Source: a virus (Duplodnaviria > Heunggongvirae > Uroviricota > Caudoviricetes). From it: a stretch of 26,719 nt of DNA. The notes beneath the pieces are model-generated. The model ran no database searches. It was not told the DNA's origin and saw nothing but the letters and a program-made list of their open reading frames with translations. Location: IMG/VR virus record IMGVR_UViG_2718217884_000004; one strand, 5' to 3'. The translations under genes were made by a program, and so were the position numbers. How positions within the stretch are numbered: position 1 is the stretch's first letter; every line of letters starts with the position of its first letter. Below are positions 13,771 to 21,631 of this stretch, piece by piece.

Positions 13771-14295
13771 ATGAAGTTATGGCCTGTGTTGACTGGCATT
13801 GCACTCTCTTTCACTCTTATAGCATGTAAGGCCCCGACACCACCTAAAGGTGTGCAGCCGATTACAAATTTTGACGCCAACCGCTACCTCGGAAAATGGT
13901 ATGAAATAGCTCGCCTCGAGAACTGGTTCGAACGTGGTCTGGAACAGGTCAGCGCTACTTATGAAAAACGGAACGACGGAGGGATTCGCGTACTTAACCG
14001 TGGATACGATCCAACGAAAAACAAATGGAGCGAGAGCGAAGGTAAAGCATACTTTACTGGAGATACTAAAACTGCAGCGTTGAAAGTTTCGTTTTTTGGC
14101 CCCTTCTATGGTGGCTATAATGTAATCAAACTGGATGATGAGTATAAGTATGCTCTTGTCAGTGGTCCGAACAGAGAATACCTATGGATTCTGGCAAGGA
14201 CCCAAACTATTCCAGATAATGTAAAAGCAGACTATGTGCGTACCGCTCAAAAGTTGGGATTCAATGTCAATGAACTATTATGGGTTAAACAATAA
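13771..14295 (+). CDS. Bacterial lipocalin (Blc-like outer-membrane lipoprotein)
   Basis: 174-aa ORF with a signal peptide and lipobox (TLIAC) and lipocalin motifs (NFDANRYLGKWYEIARL; KVSFFGPFYGGYNVI...EYLWILAR). I estimate roughly 60% identity to chromosomal E. coli Blc. Confidence 0.85.
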   Translation: MKLWPVLTGIALSFTLIACKAPTPPKGVQPITNFDANRYLGKWYEIARLENWFERGLEQVSATYEKRNDGGIRVLNRGYDPTKNKWSESEGKAYFTGDTKTAALKVSFFGPFYGGYNVIKLDDEYKYALVSGPNREYLWILARTQTIPDNVKADYVRTAQKLGFNVNELLWVKQ

Positions 14296-14320
14296 AATCC
14301 CCACCCGAAATGATACTTAT

Positions 14321-14350
14321 TAGAAAAAAACCAGCCTTTGGGGAGGCTGG
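14321..14350 (-). terminator. Rho-independent terminator on the minus strand, in the tR' position about 100 nt downstream of Q
   Basis: Stem CCAGCC/GGCTGG (14331-14336 and 14345-14350) with an 8-nt loop, followed on the minus strand by a U7 run (A7 at 14324-14330 on plus). Confidence 0.5.
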
Positions 14351-14450
14351 CTAAATCAGGAAACAAGCTGTTATATGATAATAACTACGTTGCGATTCCA
14401 ACATTTAAAATGTTAGACTAATGAAAATCAGACAGCAACTTTTCCTTTAA

Positions 14451-14828
14451 TTATTTCGAACAATCAGCATCCATCTCCAATCGGAGATCCAACACCATCA
14501 GCATGCCCTCCACTACGCCCTCAGCTTTCTGGAGCATCCTGCCAACCCAACAATCAGATCGCCCATGCTTACGTGCAAGCGCCATAAAAGTCATGCCGCC
14601 GACATAATAGTCCACCAATAAATCATGTAAATCGCTGTTGTTTTTTTTCAGGCGAGCCATACATTCACAAATGATCATCGCGTCATCGTCACAGCATTGC
14701 GGACGAGATCTTACTTTTGAAGGAATTAATCCCTTAAAACCGGCGGCAATGGACGACCAGGTCACATCTTCATGATTATTAGCCGCCCATGCCCCCCAAC
14801 GCTCAAGAACCATCTGAATATCACGCAT
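14451..14828 (-). CDS. Late-gene antitermination protein Q (phage 82/21 type, QuuD-like), 125 aa from the first ATG
   Basis: [33 protein letters not shown]... with Cys-rich motifs. The track ORF starts at a TTG at 14843. Confidence 0.8.
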   Translation of the reverse strand: MRDIQMVLERWGAWAANNHEDVTWSSIAAGFKGLIPSKVRSRPQCCDDDAMIICECMARLKKNNSDLHDLLVDYYVGGMTFMALARKHGRSDCWVGRMLQKAEGVVEGMLMVLDLRLEMDADCSK

Positions 14829-14845
14829 CAACTTACTCCACAAAA

Positions 14846-15895
14846 TTAGGCCAGCACACCAATTGCCAGCGCGCGATCGATAAATCGAAAAATCAGCTCC
14901 AGTTGGGAGCCATACTTCTCTTCAAATGCCACGGTATCCGTATGCAACTCGTCGTGATGCTTTCTGCACAAAGGCAACACAAAGAGATCATGTGCTTTGG
15001 TTCCCATTCCGCCCTGCCCGTGACCAATCAGATGATGCGGATCGTCGGCTGGCATACCGCAGCAAGCACACGGCTGTGTCTTAACCCAGCGTGTGTATTT
15101 CTCCTTAACCCAACGGTGACGTTTAGGCAGCTTCATGAAAGATTCCGGAGACTCTGGATCAACGGTGATGCTTACCACCGTCTTTTCTTGTGATGGGTTT
15201 TGTTGCTGGTGGGCGTGAGGCAACGGTGCAAGATTTTTTGTGCGCTGTTTCAGTATGCTGGTGGCGGTCTGCTCTCCCGGTACGATGTCGCTTTCACGGT
15301 ACATTGAGCGGATTTTTTCCGCACGCAACCCCAGCGAACGACGTAATACCGCTTCCGGTAGCGCGTCCGCCACCTGATTGCGGACCGCCCACCAGGATAA
15401 TTCAGCCAGAGATAATTCACGCTCCTGCGTACCGCTTATTGCGTGACCGATGACGTCAATCATCCATGCTGACAGGTTTTGATGAGCTAGTTGCTCGAGT
15501 GATTCGGATGTCTGGTCACGCAGCTGGTTGTCGCAGTGCCAGCACAACACCATTGCGCCGGTACCATAACGGTGAATGACGGTTTCGCTGTGATGATAAT
15601 CGCCGTGTGGCCACTGGCAGGATTTAATATGGCGCAACAGCCAGTCAGACAATGCACCAGCACCACCAGCAGCACGAATCACCCGTGCGTTACTGAAAAA
15701 CGGCAGCAATGTTTTGTCTTCCACCAGCGGCTGGCGAGCGGCAGGAACGACCCCGGACGGCAGATTACGCATGCTTTTCGGTTCCGGCTCCACCAGTAAC
15801 CGGGTATTGTGGAATACCGGCATGGGTTCACGGCCCGGCTTAACGATCACCAGCCCGAGTTCCGGTACCAGAACAGGTCGAAGTAATACCCGCAC
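14846..15895 (-). CDS. ydfU: DUF968-family prophage protein with a C-terminal Cys/His (HNH-like) motif
   Basis: 349-aa ORF; C-terminus [45 protein letters not shown]. Confidence 0.7.
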   Translation of the reverse strand: MRVLLRPVLVPELGLVIVKPGREPMPVFHNTRLLVEPEPKSMRNLPSGVVPAARQPLVEDKTLLPFFSNARVIRAAGGAGALSDWLLRHIKSCQWPHGDYHHSETVIHRYGTGAMVLCWHCDNQLRDQTSESLEQLAHQNLSAWMIDVIGHAISGTQERELSLAELSWWAVRNQVADALPEAVLRRSLGLRAEKIRSMYRESDIVPGEQTATSILKQRTKNLAPLPHAHQQQNPSQEKTVVSITVDPESPESFMKLPKRHRWVKEKYTRWVKTQPCACCGMPADDPHHLIGHGQGGMGTKAHDLFVLPLCRKHHDELHTDTVAFEEKYGSQLELIFRFIDRALAIGVLA

Positions 15896-15896
15896 G

Positions 15897-16175
15897 TTAC
15901 CTCCAGATGCGTTGCTGGAATGTGCGGGACGGACGCGGTGGGCGTTCGGAGTAAGGAAGCCTGACGGAGATTATCCAGTGACGGTAGTCGAGGCTAAGGG
16001 CTTTTTTAACCTCGCATCCGCGCCTGCGGTAACACTGAATGAGCCATTCGGCCTGTTCTTCAGTGCATGGGGGATGCTGGTACCAGTCTGACTTAAATGC
16101 GTGAGAATACCGCTCGTGCGTGTGGGCAAGAACGGTCGAATTATCATGATTGTAATATTTTGCGTTGCGTGCCAT
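15897..16175 (-). CDS. Hypothetical small prophage protein (92 aa) in the nin-equivalent region
   Basis: Track ORF, tightly packed between rem and ydfU. No confident family assignment. Confidence 0.4.
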   Translation of the reverse strand: MARNAKYYNHDNSTVLAHTHERYSHAFKSDWYQHPPCTEEQAEWLIQCYRRRGCEVKKALSLDYRHWIISVRLPYSERPPRPSRTFQQRIWR

Positions 16176-16241
16176 CGGTTTTCTCCGGTGGCACGGTGTT
16201 ACTCAGCGGGAGTTCAGCCCCGCGCAAGATTGTAGATGAGT

Positions 16242-16493
16242 TTATTCTTCTGAAAAAGCAGAAAAGCCAGCTTTTATTCCGATCTCTTTCAATGCCTGTA
16301 ATGAAGTGACAAACTCACCGTCGCGCAAGATAAATCCGTCCGTCACTCGGGCATCCACATAATTAATTAACGCAGCCCCATTTTTTTGCAAACACACAAT
16401 GCGGTAATGACTAGCAATATTTCCATTTTCAACGCACACAGCATAGAGGCCATCTTCACAAAAAATTTTACGCAGTTCTTCGATGTTCATCAT
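16242..16493 (-). CDS. rem: Prophage protein Rem-like (83 aa)
   Basis: Track ORF MMNIEELRKIFCEDGLYAVCVENGN...; position downstream of hokD as in Qin. Confidence 0.55.
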   Translation of the reverse strand: MMNIEELRKIFCEDGLYAVCVENGNIASHYRIVCLQKNGAALINYVDARVTDGFILRDGEFVTSLQALKEIGIKAGFSAFSEE

Positions 16494-16608
16494 CAGAATC
16501 CTTCCGGATAATTAGCTCTCCCCTTTAAGGGACCATCCCTCTTATCCCTGCGCGCTACTTAAGTATTTTTGATTCTATTCCGGCACCATCCAGAACTTCA
16601 AATGCGTT

Positions 16609-16640
16609 GAAAATAAAAACAAAAACCCGCCGAAGCGGGT
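16609..16640 (-). terminator. Rho-independent terminator downstream of hokD (minus strand)
   Basis: Stem ACCCGC/GCGGGT with a UUCG tetraloop (16625-16640), followed on the minus strand by UUUUUGUUUUUAUUUU. Confidence 0.6.
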
Positions 16641-16709
16641 TAAGTGCGGGTGCGTTGAGGATGCCTGCCACATCAGAGGTGGCGAGGGATTTCTCACTCG
16701 CCGAGTCTC

Positions 16710-16865
16710 TTACTCCTCAGGTTCGTAAGCTGTGAAGACAGCGACCTCCGTCTGGCCGGTTCGGATTCGTACCTCGCAGAGGTCTTTCCTCGTTACCAGT
16801 GCCGTCACTATGACGGTTAAACAGATGACGATCAGGGCGATTAACATCGCCTTTTGCTGCTTCAT
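16710..16865 (-). CDS. hokD: Hok-family small membrane toxin (51 aa)
   Basis: Hand translation: MKQQKAMLIALIVICLTVIVTALVTRKDLCEVRIRTGQTEVAVFTAYEPEE. Below the track cutoff. Confidence 0.85.
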   Translation of the reverse strand: MKQQKAMLIALIVICLTVIVTALVTRKDLCEVRIRTGQTEVAVFTAYEPEE

Positions 16866-16936
16866 AGCCTGCTTCTCCTGTCAACGCAAAGCAGAAGTGT
16901 CACCTTCGGTGCGAAACAGAGATGTCATGCTTTGGT

Positions 16937-17224
16937 TCAGAGAATGCGTTTGACCGCCTCGCTATATACTTCCGAGCGTTCTCTTTTCCCAACAGAAATC
17001 ACGAAAACGACAACTTTCTCGTCTATAACCTGGTATACAAGGCGATAGCCTGAAGACCGGAGCTTAATCTTGTAACAATCAGGCATACCACGGAGCTTGT
17101 TTGCTTCAATCCGGGGTGACTCAAGTACTTCAACCAGCTTCTTTTTCAACTGTTCACGTACCGTCGAGCCCAGCTTTCGCCATTCCTTTAGTGCCCGCTC
17201 GTCAAAATCCAGAAAATACGCCAT
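16937..17224 (-). CDS. relE: RelE mRNA interferase toxin
   Basis: 95-aa ORF MAYFLDFDERALKEWRKLGSTVREQLKKKLVEVLESPRIEANKLRGMPDCYKIKLRSSGYRLVYQV... Confidence 0.9.
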   Translation of the reverse strand: MAYFLDFDERALKEWRKLGSTVREQLKKKLVEVLESPRIEANKLRGMPDCYKIKLRSSGYRLVYQVIDEKVVVFVISVGKRERSEVYSEAVKRIL

Positions 17225-17463
17225 CAGAGTTCATCCAGCGTCACACGTACTGGCTTAGGATTACGAAGCCGTTCTTTCACTATCTCCACAAGTTCAGCAT
17301 CTTCATCACTCAGGAGTGTCTGTTTGAACGGCAAGCGTTCATTGTCAGCGATATACTCGAGCATGAGACGAAGCGCTTCAGAAGGAGTTACACCCATTTT
17401 TTCAAGCGCGGCGTAAGAACGCGCTTTAAGTTCATCGTCAATACGCAGGTTAATGCTACCCAT
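17224..17463 (-). CDS. relB: RelB antitoxin
   Basis: 79-aa ORF MGSINLRIDDELKARSYAALEKMGVTPSEALRLMLEYIADNERLPFKQ...; its stop overlaps the relE start. Confidence 0.9.
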   Translation of the reverse strand: MGSINLRIDDELKARSYAALEKMGVTPSEALRLMLEYIADNERLPFKQTLLSDEDAELVEIVKERLRNPKPVRVTLDEL

Positions 17464-17474
17464 GTCTTACACCT

Positions 17475-17500
17475 CTTGTAATTACAAATGTCATTACAAG
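17475..17500. promoter_or_regulatory. relBE operator/promoter palindrome (relO-like)
   Basis: CTTGTAATTACAAATGTCATTACAAG: repeated TTGTAAT/ATTACAA half-sites 12 bp upstream of the relB start. Confidence 0.55.
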
Positions 17501-17793
17501 TATCGCACTACAACATGCTTAGGGCAAGTCACGAAGGAAGTCAGAAAGTAGTCGTAAGAACGGTGATCACTGTCCGCTTTCTGCCAGGAGCAGCCATTGC
17601 TAAGTCCATCCTGTATTGTGCAGGTCAGCTCGTTTTTAAAGAGTCCGGCCATCATCTTACTGGTACAGACACCATATACTTTGTGACGGTCAGGCTACAT
17701 ATGCACAACTCAACTTATTCATCTATTTTTTGCTTTAGCATGTCAGTGTTGCTTTCTCGTCGGCGGGTGAGCGGTGACCTGACCTGTCGATAA
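17488..17793 (+). CDS. Possible YdfV-like ORF (101 aa); weak
   Basis: Track ORF whose length matches YdfV of Qin, but the composition is atypical (Cys-rich, no recognisable motifs). Confidence 0.3.
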   Translation: MSLQVSHYNMLRASHEGSQKVVVRTVITVRFLPGAAIAKSILYCAGQLVFKESGHHLTGTDTIYFVTVRLHMHNSTYSSIFCFSMSVLLSRRRVSGDLTCR

Positions 17794-17945
17794 AGGAACG
17801 TAACACGTTTTATGCAACACCCGCATGCGGCAGAAAATTATTGCCGAACGTTTACCCCTGTCAACAAGCTTTACTTTCTGAGGCGCGCCAGCCCGCGAGG
17901 AAAACAATCTGAACATCAAACAATTAATGACACAAGAAATACGAT

Positions 17946-17972
17946 TAAAGATTTTTTTGTTCATGCCGATAG
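17946..17972 (+). promoter_or_regulatory. Sigma-28 (FliA) type promoter of flxA
   Basis: TAAAGATT-N11-GCCGATAG matches the sigma-28 consensus TAAAGTTT-N11-GCCGATAA, about 25 nt upstream of the flxA start. Confidence 0.6.
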
Positions 17973-17995
17973 TGCTTTTTTAAAAGGAGAAATCT

Positions 17996-18328
17996 ATGTC
18001 TGTCACAATTCAGGGAAATACCTCAACCGTTATTTCAAACAACTCCGCCCCGGAAGGAACATCAGAAATAGCCAAAATCACAAGACAAATTCAGGTGCTG
18101 ACTGAAAAGCTTGGGAAAATCTCATCGGAAGAGGGGATGACGACACAGCAGAAAAAAGAAATGGCTGCATTGGTACAGAAGCAAATTGAAAGCCTCTGGG
18201 CTCAACTGGAGCAGTTGTTAAGGCAGCAGGCAGAGAAAAAGAATGAAGACGCGACAGTTCAGCCTGATAAAAAAGAAGAGAAAAAAGACGATACAAATAC
18301 CGCTGGCACCATTGATATTTACGTCTAA
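17996..18328 (+). CDS. flxA: FliA-regulated protein FlxA
   Basis: 110-aa ORF MSVTIQGNTSTVISNNSAPEGTSEIAKITRQIQVLTEKLGK...; AAGGAGA RBS. Confidence 0.85.
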   Translation: MSVTIQGNTSTVISNNSAPEGTSEIAKITRQIQVLTEKLGKISSEEGMTTQQKKEMAALVQKQIESLWAQLEQLLRQQAEKKNEDATVQPDKKEEKKDDTNTAGTIDIYV

Positions 18329-18764
18329 GTGACAGCCGTATTGTGGCCCTCATCGGGCCACTTTTCGCCATCAGCCTTTTCTTTAAAGACATATTATCTT
18401 TGTATCATTTCTGATAGTTAACATTACAAGATATAAGTAATGGACGCACTCCCAATTAGTCTATTTAAATCGCCACGAGTTTAACTGACAACCCATGATC
18501 AATTATGAATTGCAACTATTTCTGTAGTCACTTTTGTGGGGACAGTCCACAAAACTGCCAACTTCCGCTTCTTGCTCTTAGCGGACATTAGCATAGGCTA
18601 TTTACCATAACGCCTCATTACGCGCACCGCCCAGACTGACTCAGCGCGTTTCTGGCATATCCCCGGTAAAACAAGTAACAAACCACCCGAAAATGAACAC
18701 CAGAAACGCGACTTAAGAATCTACCCTATGAATGGATATGCACTCAACCGAATCGATCTTGGTT

Positions 18765-19187
18765 TCAATCTTTTTTATCGGGATCAGGCTTCTTTTTAGG
18801 TAACTTCGGGGGCTTAACTTGCTGATGACTTTGCGTTCGGCGCGTAAGCCAGGGATGGTCAGCTTTAGGTTTAACATAGTATTTTGAGCGTAAATCAATA
18901 CGGGCATTAGCCTCCATAATCGCAGGCACTAGCGCCGTGAACTTTTCACGCTTATCCCTGGTGTCGATAGCCTTCCAGCGTTCGAATATCTTCACTCGAT
19001 TAACACCAAGCGCTCGCTGATCAACCGCGCCACCTTCATCTGTGACACGCTGAACATCGATGTTCGGGCGCTCTTTCAAAGCCCAGAATGCTTCAGTGAT
19101 TAATATCGTCGCCTGCTCCTGTGTCATTCCTGGTCGACATATCCAGGCATCCAGAGCCTCACGAGCCTGTTCAGGAGTGATTTTCAT
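18765..19187 (-). CDS. Hypothetical protein of the dicC operon (YdfX-like), 140 aa with a Lys/Pro-rich C-terminal tail
   Basis: Track ORF MKITPEQAREALDAWICRPGMTQEQ...; its ATG overlaps the end of the dicC 3' fragment. Confidence 0.5.
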   Translation of the reverse strand: MKITPEQAREALDAWICRPGMTQEQATILITEAFWALKERPNIDVQRVTDEGGAVDQRALGVNRVKIFERWKAIDTRDKREKFTALVPAIMEANARIDLRSKYYVKPKADHPWLTRRTQSHQQVKPPKLPKKKPDPDKKD

Positions 19188-19224
19188 TGTTCAACCGCCC
19201 CGCCCGCTTCGTCTTACGATATTC
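19171..19224 (-). pseudogene. dicC: dicC 3' fragment (last 17 codons, EYRKTKRAGRLNNENHS-stop) displaced by the IS3 insertion
   Basis: Hand translation directly left of the IS3 left end. It continues the DicC reading frame that is broken at 20484. Confidence 0.75.
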
Positions 19225-19289
19225 TGATCTTACACAGCAATAGTGGACACGCGGCTAAGTGAGTAAACTCTCAGTCAGAGGTGACTCAC

Positions 19290-19589
19290 ATGACAAAAAC
19301 AGTATCAACCAGTAAAAAACCCCGTAAACAGCATTCGCCTGAATTTCGCAGTGAAGCCCTGAAGCTTGCTGAACGCATCGGTGTTACTGCCGCAGCCCGT
19401 GAACTCAGCCTGTATGAATCACAACTCTACAACTGGCGCAGTAAACAGCAAAATCAGCAGACGTCTTCTGAACGTGAACTGGAGATGTCTACCGAGATTG
19501 CACGTCTCAAACGCCAGCTGGCAGAACGGGATGAAGAGCTGGCTATCCTCCAAAAGGCCGCGACATACTTCGCGAAGCGCCTGAAATGA
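19290..19589 (+). CDS. insE: IS3 transposase OrfA (99 aa, HTH)
   Basis: [53 protein letters not shown]... from the first ATG (the track ORF starts at a GTG at 19281). Confidence 0.9.
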
Positions 19590-20452
19590 AGTATGTCTTT
19601 ATTGAAAAACATCAGGCTGAGTTCAGCATCAAAGCAATGTGCCGCGTGCTCCGGGTGGCCCGCAGCGGCTGGTATACGTGGTGTCAGCGGCGGACAAGGA
19701 TAAGCACGCGTCAGCAGTTCCGCCAACACTGCGACAGCGTTGTCCTCGCGGCTTTTACCCGGTCAAAACAGCGTTACGGTGCCCCACGCCTGACGGATGA
19801 ACTGCGTGCTCAGGGTTACCCCTTTAACGTAAAAACCGTGGCGGCAAGCCTGCGCCGTCAGGGACTGAGGGCAAAGGCCTCCCGGAAGTTCAGCCCGGTC
19901 AGCTACCGCGCACACGGCCTGCCTGTGTCAGAAAATCTGTTGGAGCAGGATTTTTACGCCAGTGGCCCGAACCAGAAGTGGGCAGGAGACATCACGTACT
20001 TACGTACAGATGAAGGCTGGCTGTATCTGGCAGTGGTCATTGACCTGTGGTCACGTGCCGTTATTGGCTGGTCAATGTCGCCACGCATGACGGCGCAACT
20101 GGCCTGCGATGCCCTGCAGATGGCGCTGTGGCGGCGTAAGAGGCCCCGGAACGTTATCGTTCACACGGACCGTGGAGGCCAGTACTGTTCAGCAGATTAT
20201 CAGGCGCAACTGAAGCGGCATAATCTGCGTGGAAGTATGAGCGCAAAAGGTTGCTGCTACGATAATGCCTGCGTGGAAAGCTTCTTTCATTCGCTGAAAG
20301 TGGAATGTATCCATGGAGAACACTTTATCAGCCGGGAAATAATGCGGGCAACGGTGTTTAATTATATCGAATGTGATTACAATCGGTGGCGGCGGCACAG
20401 TTGGTGTGGCGGCCTCAGTCCGGAACAATTTGAAAACAAGAACCTCGCTTAG
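19586..20452 (+). CDS. insF: IS3 transposase OrfB (DDE integrase-type catalytic domain)
   Basis: 288-aa ORF; its ATG overlaps the insE stop (ATGA), the usual OrfA/OrfB frameshift arrangement of IS3. Confidence 0.9.
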
Positions 20453-20483
20453 GCCTGTGTCCATATTACGTGGGTAGGATCAA

Positions 20484-20660
20484 TTCATCATAAACTTTGG
20501 GATCATACTGAAGCTCCCCGCCAGATGCCTCCTGTAGACGCATCGCGCGACCTTCAGGAACCAGTATCCCCCAAGCAGCAACACTTGCCAGCCTCACTCC
20601 TGCGGCATTGGCAAGCTTTGTTTTGCTGCCAAAAAAAGTAATTGCGTCAACTTTAAGCAT
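20484..20660 (-). pseudogene. dicC: dicC 5' part (codons 1-59, Cro-like regulator), interrupted by IS3
   Basis: MLKVDAITFFGSKTKLANAAGVRLASVAAWGILVPEGRAMRLQEASGGELQYDPKVYDE, after which the frame runs into the IS3 end (LILPT-stop). The track ORF 20466..20663 includes those IS3-derived codons. Confidence 0.8.
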
Positions 20661-20673
20661 CAAAGCCCCCTCT

Positions 20674-20691
20674 TGTTAGACTTTTCTAACA
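20674..20691. promoter_or_regulatory. Operator palindrome in the dicC-dicA divergent promoter region
   Basis: TGTTAGA-CTTT-TCTAACA, a perfect 7-bp inverted repeat between the divergent dicC and dicA starts. Confidence 0.6.
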
Positions 20692-20740
20692 TTATTGTGC
20701 GCGGGATACCTAAGTCAAGAAAAATTAGAATTACCTAACT

Positions 20741-21148
20741 ATGGATACAAGAACCCTGGGCCAGCGAGTTCTGGCGCGACGAAAAGAATTACGCTTAACA
20801 CAACGAGAAGCCGCGCGCCTCGCTGGAGTTGCTCACGTCACAATTTCACAATGGGAAAGAGACGAAACCCAGCCAGTCGGAAAACGATTGTTTGCTTTAG
20901 CGGATGCTCTGAAGTGCTCACCTACATGGCTAATGTTTGGTGACGAAGACAAGGCACCAGTGCCTGCACAAGAACTTCATGTGGAAACAGAGCTAACTCC
21001 CAACCACAAAGAATTGATCGAATTATTCGATGCTCTTCCATCTTCCGAGCAGGAAGCCTTGCTGTCTGAAATGCGCGCAAGAGTAGAAAACTTCAACAAA
21101 CTCTTCGAAGAAATGCTTAAAGCGCGTAAAAATAAATCAATAAAATAA
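20741..21148 (+). CDS. dicA: XRE-family HTH repressor DicA
   Basis: 135-aa ORF MDTRTLGQRVLARRKELRLTQREAARLAGVAHVTISQWERDETQPVGKRLFALADAL... Confidence 0.9.
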   Translation: MDTRTLGQRVLARRKELRLTQREAARLAGVAHVTISQWERDETQPVGKRLFALADALKCSPTWLMFGDEDKAPVPAQELHVETELTPNHKELIELFDALPSSEQEALLSEMRARVENFNKLFEEMLKARKNKSIK

Positions 21149-21184
21149 CATTCTTTTCAAGTGATTAGTTGCGCCCACCCTTTT

Positions 21185-21202
21185 TGTTAGATCAATCTAA
21201 CA
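21185..21202. promoter_or_regulatory. Second operator palindrome, at the dicB-operon promoter
   Basis: TGTTAGA-TCAA-TCTAACA; a third partial copy TGTTAG-GTTA-TTCTAA lies at 21221-21236. Confidence 0.55.
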
Positions 21203-21316
21203 AAAAACACTTGCCTCTCATGTTAGGTTATTCTAAATTATTTTCCATCAAGACACCGCACGGTGTTCTCAGCAAACAGTTCCGCTACCCCGGCGTTAAG
21301 GGGAAATGAGGTCAGC

Positions 21317-21472
21317 ATGGATACTATCGATCTTGGCAACAGCGAATCTCTGGTATGTGGCGTGTTCCCCAACCAGGACGGTACGTTCACCGCGATGACG
21401 TATACCAAAAGCAAAACGTTTAAAACCGAAAATGGTGCCCGTCGCTGGCTGGAAAGAAACCCAGGTGAGTGA
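21317..21472 (+). CDS. ydfA: Small protein YdfA (51 aa)
   Basis: MDTIDLGNSESLVCGVFPNQDGTFTAMTYTKSKTFKTENGARRWLERNPGE, from the internal Met of the track ORF. Confidence 0.75.
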   Translation: MDTIDLGNSESLVCGVFPNQDGTFTAMTYTKSKTFKTENGARRWLERNPGE

Positions 21473-21473
21473 T

Positions 21474-21602
21474 ATGGATTTCGACACAATCATGGAAAAG
21501 GCTTACGAAGAATACTTCGAAGGTCTTGCCGACGGCGAAGAAGCTCTCAGCTTCAACGAATTTAAACAGGCGCTTTCCAGTTCGGCAAAATCTAACGGCT
21601 GA
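21474..21602 (+). CDS. ydfB: Small protein YdfB (42 aa)
   Basis: Hand translation MDFDTIMEKAYEEYFEGLADGEEALSFNEFKQALSSSAKSNG; starts 1 nt after the ydfA stop. Confidence 0.65.
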   Translation: MDFDTIMEKAYEEYFEGLADGEEALSFNEFKQALSSSAKSNG

Positions 21603-21631
21603 TAAGCGAAACAGCACCGCGAGGAATCAGT

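Larger units (their letters stand above)
19225..20482 (+). mobile_element. IS3, complete (1258 bp)
   Basis: Ends TGATCTTAC...GTAGGATCA with imperfect terminal inverted repeats of about 39 bp; contains insE and insF. Flanked by the direct repeat ATTC (19221-19224 and 20483-20486), i.e. a 3-4 bp target-site duplication. Confidence 0.95.

Noticed and set aside
14789-15799. Plus-strand ORFs (134, 87 and 87 aa) within the DUF968 gene
   Set aside because: Antisense to the 349-aa ORF with its conserved Cys/His C-terminus.
16750-16775. tRNA-like GGTTCGGATTCG motif
   Set aside because: Lies inside hokD coding sequence with no flanking acceptor stem or anticodon arm; no tRNA or CRISPR-like repeat architecture was found anywhere in the window.
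16732-16953. 73-aa plus-strand ORF over hokD
   Set aside because: Antisense to the hand-verified hokD reading frame; it could correspond to an antisense RNA region rather than a protein, but I could not identify Sok-like promoter elements.
17743-17964. 73-aa minus-strand ORF upstream of flxA
   Set aside because: Overlaps the sigma-28 promoter of flxA on the opposite strand; no support.
18078-18392. 104-aa minus-strand ORF overlapping flxA
   Set aside because: Antisense to flxA.
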